From Candidatus Omnitrophota bacterium (lineage in GTDB: Bacteria; Omnitrophota; Gorgyraeia; B26-G9), in the NCBI GenBank assembly GCA_043805415.1, contig JAZDHZ010000027.1:71542-135541 (forward strand): a stretch of DNA of 64,000 nt, in the 5' to 3' direction. Both the position numbers and the translations under genes were made by a program. Of the stretch, positions 11,501 to 21,503 are shown in pieces (position 1 is the stretch's first letter; each line of letters opens with the position of its first letter). Under the pieces are notes generated by a model, which searched no databases, had not been told where the DNA came from, and worked only from the letters and a program-made list of their open reading frames with translations.

Positions 11501-11544
11501 AATCTCTCCTTCTTTACGCGACTTTGGTTTAACATTTAAACTTT

Positions 11545-11775
11545 TTAACCAAGGGTATTCTTAAACCAGTTTACACATTCTTTTATAAACTCATCTGGAT
11601 TTCAGTCGAAAATCTTCTCCGCGTGCCCGGCCTGCTCTACAATTAACAGCTTTTTCGGGTCACGCGCTTTTGCAAATAATTTTTTACTGTGCTCAGGCTT
11701 AATTATCCAGTCTTTTTCTCCATTTATAAAATAAATCGGCGCAAGAGCAATATCACTTACCACATCAAAAGGAGA
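11545..11775 (-). pseudogene. C-terminal remnant of an alpha/beta hydrolase
   Basis: My translation: SPFDVVSDIALAPIYFINGEKDWIIKPEHSKKLFAKARDPKKLLIVEQAGHAEKIFD*NPDEF... Catalytic Asp and His motifs present; no N-terminus; internal TGA at 11602. Confidence 0.75.
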
Positions 11776-11831
11776 TCATTATTTTAATAGCATTATTATT
11801 AAACGCCCCCTACAACGCCTTAAACGAAAAG

Positions 11832-12323
11832 TTAAGCTTTCGGTTTTTCATCTCCAGCTCCTTTAATCGCTTTAAAACTTTTTCGTATTTTTACCAGTAA
11901 TTGGTTTAAACTGCGGCTTTCATCATCAGAAACGCACATCATATTTTTTTCAATTACTTTCAAATATTCCGGCTCTACTTCTTCTAATTTTCTCATCCCC
12001 TGCGCAGTTAATTGTACATGATAAACCCTTCTGTCTCCCTCAACTGGCAACCTGCGCACATAACCTTTTTTTTCTAGTTTGTCTATCAACCCGGTAACAT
12101 TGCCCCGGCTAGAAACCATCCGCTCGCTAATTTCTACTTGAGTAAGTTTTCGCTTCTCCAGTTTAATAATAATCATAACATTATATTGAGCATCAGTAAT
12201 ATCAAATTTTCTAAAGAAATCTCTAGAAATCTTATCCAAACAATTAGCAGTATATACGATACTTAATACCGCTTCATGCCGCAATGAATCAATTTTTTGC
12301 TTTATTTCTTTATCCAGAGACAT
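11832..12323 (-). CDS. MarR family transcriptional regulator
   Basis: ITDAQYNVM, LTQVEISERM, NVTGLIDKLEKKGYVRR..GDRR..VQLT. Confidence 0.93.
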   Translation of the reverse strand: MSLDKEIKQKIDSLRHEAVLSIVYTANCLDKISRDFFRKFDITDAQYNVMIIIKLEKRKLTQVEISERMVSSRGNVTGLIDKLEKKGYVRRLPVEGDRRVYHVQLTAQGMRKLEEVEPEYLKVIEKNMMCVSDDESRSLNQLLVKIRKSFKAIKGAGDEKPKA

Positions 12324-12347
12324 TTTACACCCAACTTTGTTTATAAC

Positions 12348-12396
12348 TATACTGTTAATCTATAAACAGTATATCACAAAACAATATTCCTGTCAA
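12348..12396 (-). promoter_or_regulatory. sigma70 promoter of marR with overlapping inverted repeat (candidate MarR operator)
   Basis: TTGACA-17-TATACT on the minus strand; TATACTGTT-N8-AACAGTATA at 12348-12373 overlaps the -10. Confidence 0.75.
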
Positions 12397-12538
12397 TGCC
12401 TCAGCTAATTCGCAAGTATTATTATTGGAATCACCGGCAGTAAATATACGTCATAAACCTTTAATCTGTTTACATATAAAAAAAGCCTGATAAGTGATGA
12501 GCTAAATGGCCCGGAGTAAACAGCTTGGTTCTTTAATA

Positions 12539-12567
12539 TTGCTGGTTAAAGTTATCTTTGCTATAAT
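12539..12567 (+). promoter_or_regulatory. recN promoter (extended -10)
   Basis: TTGCTG-17-TATAAT with TG extension, 7 nt before the ATG at 12575. Confidence 0.6.
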
Positions 12568-12574
12568 GTTTTTC

Positions 12575-14236
12575 ATGATATCACAACTCACCATACAAAA
12601 TATTGGACTGATAGATAAACTCACTATCGATTTTCGCCGGCACTTAAATATTCTGACCGGCGAAACTGGGGCGGGAAAATCGATTTTAATTGATGCTCTT
12701 CGCTTTGTTTTAGGAGAACGGGTAAATACCTCTTTGGTGCGCAATCCGGAACTGTCTTGCACTGTAGAGGCTATTTTTGAGATACAAAAAAAATCTCTGA
12801 GTGAATATGATGCTTTTTTAGAATTTTTTAACCAAGAAAATCAGCTGATCATAAACCGCTCTTATCTTCCGGACGGCAGAAGCAAAATTAAAATAAATGG
12901 GTTTACCGTCACTTTAACCCAGCTAAAAAACCTGGGTGATAGTCTGGTGGATTTTCACGGCCCGCATGACCATCAGCTGCTTTTTTCCGTACAATCGCAT
13001 ATAAAAATGCTGGACCGTTTAAGCAACATCGATGCCTTGAAACAATCTTATCTGGAAAACTATCATAAATACAGCGAACTCCTAAAAAAACAAAGCGAAT
13101 TAAAAGAAATGGCAGTTTCGCGGGAAAAGGAGCTCGACACCCTTAAATATCAAATAAATGAGCTGAGTAGTGTTCCTCTTGATCAAGTAAAATATGAAGA
13201 ACTTTTAACCGAACAAAAAAAACTTAATAATCGCGAAAGAATATCTGAAAACTTAAATACTGTTATAGCCATGCTGGAAAATGACGAGACTGGTGTCAAT
13301 GAAACCATCCGCAAAGCATTTGGAGCGATGAAGAATCTCAATAACATTGATGAAAGTACCAAAAATTTTATGGAACAATTAAACACCCTGCAGGAAACCG
13401 GTGATGAGCTTTTAAACAATCTAATTGCTTACCGCGACAGCCTTTGTTTTGATACTGAAACCACTCAGAACATTAATTCCCGCTGCGATATTTATTACTC
13501 CATAAAACGCAAATACGGGCCGACTTTAGAATCTGCCCTCAAATTCTTCGAAGAGGCAAAAGAAAAATACGAACTTATATCGAATTTAGAACACAACACA
13601 GCGAGCCTGAACAAAGAAATCACTTCTCTCCAGGAAGAACTTGAAAAAGCCGCAGATAAAATATCTAAACAGCGTAAAAAAACAGCTTCTGCTCTTCAAA
13701 AAACCATAGAAAAAGAACTCAAAGACCTTGGTATAAAACAAGTAGAATTCGAATGCCGCGTTAAAAAAACTGCTTTAAACCAGGATGGCTGCGATTCTGT
13801 GGAATTTTATATAAGCCCCAATGCCGGCGAAAGCCTTAAACCTCTGGCTGAGATAGTTTCTTCCGGAGAAGCCGCGCGGGTAATGCTGGCGCTAAAAAAA
13901 GCCCTGATCGAAGTTGACCTTATACCCGTACTTATATTCGATGAAATCGACGCCCAAATCGGCGGCCGGCTCGGCACCATAACCGGGCGTAAATTAAAAG
14001 AACTTTCTTGCGGCCGACAGGTTATCCTAATCACCCATTTGCCGCAAATCGCCAGTTTCGCCGACGCTCACTATAAAGTAGTAAAAACGGTTAAAGCCAA
14101 CCGCACTTTTACAACCATAGAGTATCTGGAAAATGAAACACGGGTCAAAGAACTTGCCGCAATGATGAGCGACGAAAAACAAAGCCCCATCGCCATAAAC
14201 CACGCCAGAGAAATGCTTGCTAAGGCAGGCGAATAA
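12575..14236 (+). CDS. recN: DNA repair protein RecN
   Basis: MISQLTIQN, LTGETGAGKSILIDAL, SSGEAARVMLALK, LIFDEIDAQIGG, QVILITHLPQIA. Confidence 0.97.
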   Translation: MISQLTIQNIGLIDKLTIDFRRHLNILTGETGAGKSILIDALRFVLGERVNTSLVRNPELSCTVEAIFEIQKKSLSEYDAFLEFFNQENQLIINRSYLPDGRSKIKINGFTVTLTQLKNLGDSLVDFHGPHDHQLLFSVQSHIKMLDRLSNIDALKQSYLENYHKYSELLKKQSELKEMAVSREKELDTLKYQINELSSVPLDQVKYEELLTEQKKLNNRERISENLNTVIAMLENDETGVNETIRKAFGAMKNLNNIDESTKNFMEQLNTLQETGDELLNNLIAYRDSLCFDTETTQNINSRCDIYYSIKRKYGPTLESALKFFEEAKEKYELISNLEHNTASLNKEITSLQEELEKAADKISKQRKKTASALQKTIEKELKDLGIKQVEFECRVKKTALNQDGCDSVEFYISPNAGESLKPLAEIVSSGEAARVMLALKKALIEVDLIPVLIFDEIDAQIGGRLGTITGRKLKELSCGRQVILITHLPQIASFADAHYKVVKTVKANRTFTTIEYLENETRVKELAAMMSDEKQSPIAINHAREMLAKAGE

Positions 14237-14570
14237 GGTTAAGAAATAACTTAATAAATGACTCTGCCCCCGGGCGCAGGCTACTTTCCCAGAGCTTGAT
14301 TTTCTGTTTGGCATGATAAATACAGGTTGATGCAAAAATTGCCTGCCCAGATAAAAACAGATCATTTGAATGGAACTCAGCAAATATGCGTCCTAACTCT
14401 TTGCTGTGTTTGCAGATACAAAAACCGCTTACGCTCATTATTAGGCCTCCCCTGCCTATGCAGAGAAATTCATCTCCCCATGCGCCAATATACCCACTTA
14501 GGAATATTGGCATTAAATTATAATTTATGATACAATTTATGACTTTAATGTATTATAAGAAAGCCACGCA

Positions 14571-17231
14571 ATGTTAAAAATACTTAAAAAATCCTTAGTT
14601 ATAATAAGATTGCTTGTATTTTTTTTACTAACAAGCATTACTTACTTACATGCTGATAGTAGCGTATCGCAGCACAGTACGACAACTATGAGTTTTTTAA
14701 TTACTGAACAGGCCATGCTTGCGCCTCGCATCACCAGCAATAGTCTTAAAATTTCTGATTATATTCAAGCCTTTACTATTTGCAGAACCATTGAGGGACG
14801 ATCTCCTCATAAGCTTTCCCTTAACGAAATAATGTCCTCATTGGACACAACCGATCCTTTATTTAAGGAGTGCCGGTTTGAAACCAAGTTAAAAGAACTG
14901 TACATTTATCTTCCTAACAGCGCTCTTTGCATTCGCTACTTTAACCCGTATCCAGAAATAATGCGCGATTTACCTGATAATGGGATTATGCTTAATGCTC
15001 AATTGTACCGCCAAATCAGTGTGCTTACAAAAAAGTTATACCCTGACGTCCAACAAATAAACCCGGCAATTCACCCCAGCGTCAAAGCTGTTGTATTTGA
15101 TTTTGACGGCACCATCGCCGACACCATTCCGCATATTCTTCGAGCCTTTGGAAAAATTATTTACGCCATTACACAAGCAACTTCCGATATTCCTCCTGAA
15201 GATTATTCGCCATTAGCTGCTAAGTTTTTAGATGAGCGCCAATGGCAACCAGTAACCACACATATCAACAATCTGATACAAGAAGCAATCCAAGGAGGCG
15301 TTTCCCAGCATCAGCTTACTGAAATCATGACTCAATTGGCACATAAGTATAATATTATCGGCCTGCGTCAAGAAGCGATGGACATGGGATTCGCTCAGAT
15401 ATATGAAGCTGCTTTGCTGAATGAAATCAAAACCAATCCGCCCCAACCGTTTCCCGGCGCCAGGCAATTTCTCTATTCTTTATACCAGTCCGGTATACGC
15501 ATGTACATTGCAACAGGAACCACCCAAACCGTTGTTGAATATCTTACCCAACAATGGGGCATTGACAGCGGATTTGATGTTATTTACGGCGTGCCTACGG
15601 ACAGACCGTATGGATTTAGCCGGAACAAAACCGATATTCTCGAAGAAGTTAAAAATAATTTAGGACTGTCTGCCGGTGAAATCGCAATTGTCGGTGATTC
15701 TCGGGATGATATGCGTGCCGCAAAGAATCCTTCCCTGCCGGCAAATGAGCGTTTTGTCGCAATTGGTATTTCCAATGAGCAATCCGGACGTGATTTATTA
15801 GCAAACAACGGTGCAGATTTCCTCATCCCGGGGTTATCTGCCTGGCAATCACTTTGGAATACTCTTAGCATCTCTCTACCGACGCTAACGCTGGCAATGC
15901 CGAAAAATAGAGCAGATGGCCTACCCTTTCAATTTGCTATCGGTCATGCGGTTAAGGGAGGCACAAATTTAAAACAGCTTAAAAGTACCGCGCAGGAATT
16001 TGCCACATTTAAGAGCAGTATCATTGAACAAGTACAGGCTCTCCCTGATTCACCATCAGCTTTAGACCTCAATGCTGTTGATTTCAATCAGCCTTTTTTA
16101 AAACTATTTCCCATCATTCGATACGCCCTTGAAACAGATAGTCATTCAGATTTTATGCGCATTATAAACAGTATTATTGAATCACAAACGCTTTCCCCTG
16201 AACAGAAAAAAGAATCGTTTCTTACAATAATGGCCTGGAGTAAACATTTTCCCGCTTCAATAAAACGTGAAAATTATTGCGCTTACTCCTTTGAAATGTT
16301 TGCGCAGGCAGTACAAGAATATCAACAACAGCATCCGCAACAGCTTATTAATGTTGGCGAGCTGGGAAGCGGAGACGGACTGGCTATCTTTCAGTATAAA
16401 AATCTCTTGCGCATGCAGGGAATTAAAGCTGATTACACCCAATTTGAAATTGACCAAGCAAGTATTGATAAATCCCGGCTGTTCAATCAAAAAGACACCT
16501 TTGTGGCCGGGGATCTGGCAAATCTGCCCGAATCAGAAAAGGCAAAATATCGCGCTAAATTTGATGTGATCATGCTTAATAATGTAATGCATGAACTCTT
16601 TGCTGTTTATGGCGAACAAGGGATTAAAACTATTTTAAGCTCTGCTGCTGAATTATTAAAACCCGGCGGAGTTCTGGTTTTCCGAGATGGTATTTATCCG
16701 CAAAACGGAGGCCGCTATACTCGAATAGCAATCTCGCCCCAATACGAAGAAGCCTTTCTTTTCTTTCAGACACATTATAAATTTCGAACAGCGTTATTCC
16801 CCGGGATTTATGACAATGAAGTAGTTCTTCCCCTCGGAGATTTAGCGAAATTCTTAACAAAGATAAAATTCATAGAAGCCAATAAATTATGGGAGGACCG
16901 CTACGGAATAGAAGGCGAAATGCATCAAGTATACTGCTTTGCGAATATAGACGACTATAATCATTTCCTTACAGACGCAGGTTTTCATATTTCAGAAGTC
17001 ACCTTGGGTAATGAGCAGGAATCTTTGGCTTTATGGAAAAAAGCTGTTCCATTTAGCCAACCATTTTTTATGGAGCAAAGAGATGAAGGTGGTCCACATT
17101 CACCAATCAGTGAACAACGCCGCGCAGACGAAGACTCGCTCGCGCGTTTTTCCCTTAGTGATGTATTACAGCATGGTAAAAAGGAACCTGAGGAAAACTC
17201 TGCCACAACCTTGATCCAACAATCAATTTAA
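14571..17231 (+). CDS. Exported multidomain protein: HAD-like phosphatase plus class I SAM methyltransferase
   Basis: Signal-like N-terminus; VVFDFDGTIADT, IATGT, VGDSRDD (HAD motifs I, II, IV); VGELGSGDG, FDVIMLNNVMHE, LKPGGVLVFRDG (methyltransferase); ends LIQQSI. Confidence 0.75.
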   Translation: MLKILKKSLVIIRLLVFFLLTSITYLHADSSVSQHSTTTMSFLITEQAMLAPRITSNSLKISDYIQAFTICRTIEGRSPHKLSLNEIMSSLDTTDPLFKECRFETKLKELYIYLPNSALCIRYFNPYPEIMRDLPDNGIMLNAQLYRQISVLTKKLYPDVQQINPAIHPSVKAVVFDFDGTIADTIPHILRAFGKIIYAITQATSDIPPEDYSPLAAKFLDERQWQPVTTHINNLIQEAIQGGVSQHQLTEIMTQLAHKYNIIGLRQEAMDMGFAQIYEAALLNEIKTNPPQPFPGARQFLYSLYQSGIRMYIATGTTQTVVEYLTQQWGIDSGFDVIYGVPTDRPYGFSRNKTDILEEVKNNLGLSAGEIAIVGDSRDDMRAAKNPSLPANERFVAIGISNEQSGRDLLANNGADFLIPGLSAWQSLWNTLSISLPTLTLAMPKNRADGLPFQFAIGHAVKGGTNLKQLKSTAQEFATFKSSIIEQVQALPDSPSALDLNAVDFNQPFLKLFPIIRYALETDSHSDFMRIINSIIESQTLSPEQKKESFLTIMAWSKHFPASIKRENYCAYSFEMFAQAVQEYQQQHPQQLINVGELGSGDGLAIFQYKNLLRMQGIKADYTQFEIDQASIDKSRLFNQKDTFVAGDLANLPESEKAKYRAKFDVIMLNNVMHELFAVYGEQGIKTILSSAAELLKPGGVLVFRDGIYPQNGGRYTRIAISPQYEEAFLFFQTHYKFRTALFPGIYDNEVVLPLGDLAKFLTKIKFIEANKLWEDRYGIEGEMHQVYCFANIDDYNHFLTDAGFHISEVTLGNEQESLALWKKAVPFSQPFFMEQRDEGGPHSPISEQRRADEDSLARFSLSDVLQHGKKEPEENSATTLIQQSI

Positions 17232-17582
17232 GGTAAAAACACTCGCTTATATAAACAAGCTATTAAAGACAATAACTGTTCTACTGACAACAAGGTATAG
17301 ATAAAAATAGACTCTTCTAGTTTCTCCTTTCCCAGATAAAAGCAGATTATAAGGAACTCAATTAGTTTCTAGGGCAGACCCCCAATTTCTCCTCTCAGCA
17401 ATCAGCTGTCAACAGTCAGATCGGGGATTAGGATTCTGCTGTTTTGCGCGTTACAATCAAAAATTCGGCAATTCCTTGCATTTTTTATTCGCAACATATT
17501 TATTAATAATGCATTACAAAGAGTGTCCCTGTTTCTTATTAACAACATACTGAGGATATGGTCCTTATAAATTCCGCAGGAC

Positions 17583-17611
17583 TTGAAATTATTGCTTTTT
17601 TAATGTATACT
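17583..17611 (+). promoter_or_regulatory. sigma70 promoter upstream of the 17738 ORF
   Basis: TTGAAA-17-TATACT with TG just upstream of the -10. Confidence 0.55.
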
Positions 17612-17737
17612 TTTTTAACTTTGATGGTCGCCGGTACTAAGGCAAAACAACCTCGATATCCGTATGGTTCGTTCTCGTGGTTGGTTGCATGCCGCCCATT
17701 GCGGAAATAAACTATAATAAATATTCGAGATGCTCAC

Positions 17738-18877
17738 ATGAAACGAATCACCAGATATATTTTCCGGTTTTTATTAACAATCCTCTGCATTCTAATTCAA
17801 ACCTGCTGGGCTGAAGCAACAAACGATAGAGCTAACGTTGGCGGAATCTTTGATCACAGTGCATTAAGCCCCCAAATAATGCTTAATCGCGCAGCATTAG
17901 AAGAATATTTTAATTCTGAAACAGAGGAAATAATTTTTGGCGAAGCGCATCGTCGGACTAGAAGTATTATCGACAGCGTGTTAAAACACGGGATTAATTC
18001 GGCAAGTAAATTAGAGGACAACGGAATTACCGTTCATGCTTCTGTCGACAGGTACGATGGCAGTGATGGTTCCGCAAGCATTTCGGCAAATTTATTACAG
18101 ATTGACAGCCGGGTTACTGTTAATCAATTGGTAACCGATGCCCTGTATCATCAGGCCAAAGGCATCGTCCAGGTGATTCTCGAGCGCTCGAGTGACACTG
18201 CGCTTAATATCGTGAACAGCAAAAGAATCTCCGATTTTTATTTGCAATTATTGCTGGAAGAACGCGCGGAACATAGTATCATTGCTCTCATTGATGTTGC
18301 CAAATTAAGCCCTGAAGACACGCAACATATTAAAGAAAATCCATTCCTCGAAACTTCCGGCATGGCACTTGAGATAATGCTCAAGCATACTGTATCAAAA
18401 GACGCTATCTGCGGTTTTCTAGTCCCTGAAGCAATGTTGGAAATTATCAGTGACTTATTACCGTCTGATAAAGACATCATTATCATCCCCGGAAAAAAAC
18501 AAAAAAATTTATCAATTGCCCGTCCCGCCTTAATTCATCACAGATTTAGCATAAATCTCAAACGTAATGTTACTATTCGTGTCCCGGATTATGAAGAAGC
18601 ATTAGAGCGTTTTTTTTCAAAGAACCCGAAAAAATATTGGTTGCTCCACGGGATACGCCTTATTACGCCTTCGGATATTATCGCGGAGTCTCAGCCGGCC
18701 GCCCCTTTATTCTATCCGGGATTCACGCTGCAAGAACAGTTCCCCTCGGCTATCGAAGAAATAGGATTGCTGCAGACGTTCATTCCCAAAACAAAACCTG
18801 AATTGCCGGAACAACCTCACTCGCTGGATCATCTCCTGAGATATTTATTGCGTCCATTACTGGAACAGTCTATTTAA
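17738..18877 (+). CDS. Exported hypothetical protein
   Basis: 379-aa ORF with signal peptide, SALSPQI motif, ends LLEQSI. Confidence 0.7.
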   Translation: MKRITRYIFRFLLTILCILIQTCWAEATNDRANVGGIFDHSALSPQIMLNRAALEEYFNSETEEIIFGEAHRRTRSIIDSVLKHGINSASKLEDNGITVHASVDRYDGSDGSASISANLLQIDSRVTVNQLVTDALYHQAKGIVQVILERSSDTALNIVNSKRISDFYLQLLLEERAEHSIIALIDVAKLSPEDTQHIKENPFLETSGMALEIMLKHTVSKDAICGFLVPEAMLEIISDLLPSDKDIIIIPGKKQKNLSIARPALIHHRFSINLKRNVTIRVPDYEEALERFFSKNPKKYWLLHGIRLITPSDIIAESQPAAPLFYPGFTLQEQFPSAIEEIGLLQTFIPKTKPELPEQPHSLDHLLRYLLRPLLEQSI

Positions 18878-19032
18878 ATCCCCTAAAAAAATTGGGACGG
18901 TTATATTTTTTCTTGAGCCGACACCATTCTTATTCTTTTCATCCATGCTGGGCACTGGGTAAAATAGCGCTTTAGCGTTAGATTTATTTTTGTTAACCTA
19001 AATAAAATTCTTTTCTTTACTCATTTTATCCG

Positions 19033-19203
19033 GCTGCAAAGGCCACGGAGGAAACAGCTCGGTTCTTTAATATTGCCCGTTAAAGTTATCTTTGTTATAA
19101 TGAATCACGAATTAAAGAACTTGCCGAAATGATGGGCGATGAAAAACAAAGCACTATCGCCATAAACCACGCCAGAGAAATGCTCGCTAAAGCCAGCGAA
19201 TAA
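19033..19203 (+). pseudogene. recN: Internally deleted recN copy (promoter region fused to the last 34 codons plus stop)
   Basis: 19033-19102 matches 12501-12568; 19099-19203 matches 14132-14236 (NESRIKELAEMMGDEKQSTIAINHAREMLAKASE*). Confidence 0.85.
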
Positions 19204-19233
19204 TCTTGTTTCCAAACCCGCATTGGAATATTA

Positions 19234-20022
19234 TTATTTAAGGATTCTTTTGCGCATCATAGCCATGCTGAAAAAAATACAGCCGATAGTCATAGCGGCA
19301 AGATAAAGCAAGTTAAAATAGTCAAGGCTGCAGGTATCACATAATGCCAGAGTGCGCAGTGACGAGACCAGACAGGTTAACGGCATGACTGCCGCCGTTT
19401 TCTGCGCCCATAACGGCAGCGAAGATATCGGGAAAAATACTCCGCCAAAAAGAAACATCGGAGTAACAAACAAAAATACCGGAAAATTAAACATTTCGAT
19501 ATTTTTCACTAAAGAGGTAAAACACATGCCTAAAGCGGAAAAGGCCATGCCCGCCAGAAAGGTGACTGGTACGCACACAATAGCCGCGCGCCAGGGGATC
19601 AAGCCCCAGATTACCACGATAACCAGCATTATCCCCGCGGCCATCACTGACTTTGTCGCTCCCCAAACTATCTCCCCAAGGATAACGTCCTCAAGCATCA
19701 AAGGCGTAGACAAGATTGCGTCATATGTCTTCTAAAAATACATTCTCACAAAAGAAGCGTATGTCGTCTCAAAAAATCCGTGATTCATGACCGCGGCAGC
19801 CACCAGCCCCGGTGCGATAAACTGCAGATAGGAAACCGCCCCAGCGCGGTAAGTAACTTCCGGGACCAGATTCCCCAGTCCCACCCCAAAAGCCAGCAGA
19901 TAAAGCAGCGGTTCTAAAAGCGGCGGGATAAAATTTACTTTCCAGGTCGCTTTATATACGTCAAAATTCCTCTGCCATATCCTTATCGCCCGCCAGCTTA
20001 TATTATGTAATATTGCCCTCAT
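19234..20022 (-). pseudogene. NodJ-like ABC-2 permease interrupted by an in-frame TAG
   Basis: LEPLLYLLAFGVGLG, FETTYASFVRMYF*KTYDAILSTPL, TPMFLFGGVFFPISSLP; stop at 19732-19734. Confidence 0.8.
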
Positions 20023-20026
20023 CAGG

Positions 20027-20965
20027 TCATTCCCTCAGTCCCCGGCCGGTAAGTTTCAAAAAAACATCTTCTAAGTTTGCCATGCGCAGCGCGCAGGAAC
20101 TTTCACCGAATTTTTTCGATATTTCAGGCCATAACAAATTTGTTTTATGCCCGTAAATAAAAAAATGGGTAAGGTTTTTTTCGTAATCCAGCCCCTTAGC
20201 CTTTCAATATTATTATCCACAGAACCTATTTCTATCACCAAAGAACCCATATATTTTTCAATTAACGCTTTGGGAGAGCCGCGGTCTATTATCTTCCCCT
20301 GATCCATAATAACCAGCCTGTCACAAAGATGCGATGCTTCATCCATATTGTGAGTAGTTATTAAGATAGTCGTCCCTTCTTTTTTTAATTCGTGAAGCCT
20401 TTCCCATATCTGATGCCTTGACTGCGGATCAAGCCCGGTTGTCGGCTCATCAAGAATAAGCAGCCGCGGCCTATTCACCAAAGAGCGCGCGATCATCAGG
20501 CGGCGTTTCATCCCGCCGGATAGTTCATCAATCCGCGCGTCTTTTTTTATGTAAAAGGCCCATAAACTCAAGCAGCTCCACATTGCGCAGATTAGCCGAT
20601 TCTCCGATTATATCAAAATACCGCGCAAAAAACCGCAGATTATCCAGCACTTTCAAGTCCGGGTCAAGATTATCTTCCTGCGGACAAACCCCAATATTCG
20701 TCTTAATAAAACGAGCAAACCGGTCCGTTCTCTTCCCAAACACTTCCAGCGTTCCGCCGCTGGGCTCAAGAAAACAGGAGATCATTCGTATTAAAGTCGT
20801 CTTCCCCGCTCCGTTAGGGCCTAAAAATCCCAAACATTCCTGAGAATTAACGGAAAAATCTATGCCGTTTACCGCTTTAAAGCCGCTGAAGGCTTTGCTT
20901 AGATCTTGAGCATTAACGATACTATTTTTTTGGGAATTCTCATCAGCCATCATTTTATCATCCAA
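20027..20965 (-). pseudogene. NodI-like ABC ATP-binding protein with two frameshifts
   Basis: GPNGAGKTT in one frame; [21 protein letters not shown] in a second; [19 protein letters not shown] in a third. Confidence 0.8.
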
Positions 20966-21000
20966 AAAAAGGTTTACACCTATTTATCTTGGTTTTTAAT

Positions 21001-21415
21001 TTATTTTATTAACATATTCATTATTATTTGAATATTTGTTTCATCCGCGATATTTTTAACTGAAATAAGATTGCTTAAAAGACTAATTGTTTTTTGCAAT
21101 TCCAGGTATTTATAATCTGATGCCTTTAAGCGCTTTTCATTAATCGTATACCCATCAACTAAGTGCTTTTTTAATACATTGGTCGCCCAGATACAAAATT
21201 GAGTAGCCTGTGTGGAATTCACACGGTAACCAACAGAAATAATAGCATCCAAATTGTAAAATTTAGTCTTATAAATTTTGCCATCACCGGCAGTATGTTC
21301 CAAACAATTTTGCAATATGAGCCTGCGTCAGCCAAACTGTCTCTTTCTCCAGCCGGACTTCGACTTTATTTTTATAAACCACAACCTGCCCTTTAGATAT
21401 TTCTTGTGATTTCAC
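21001..21415 (-). pseudogene. RhuM-family DNA-binding protein remnant (internal deletion, truncated)
   Basis: From GTG at 21415: VEVRLEKETVWLTQAHIAKLFG; a frame switch then gives DGKIYKTKFYNLDAIISVGYRVNSTQATQF. Confidence 0.8.
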
Positions 21416-21503
21416 AACTTAAACTCCTTAGATAAAATTATATCTATTTTAAACAGTGTTTCGGCCGCATTATTCCTCCTTTGTTTTTCTTCTCTCCGCA
21501 TAA

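Noticed and set aside
11602-11604. In-frame TGA or TAG (also 19732) as recoding (Sec, Pyl or alternative code)
   Set aside because: Both lie in otherwise decayed genes, and TGA/TAG serve as normal stops across the window.
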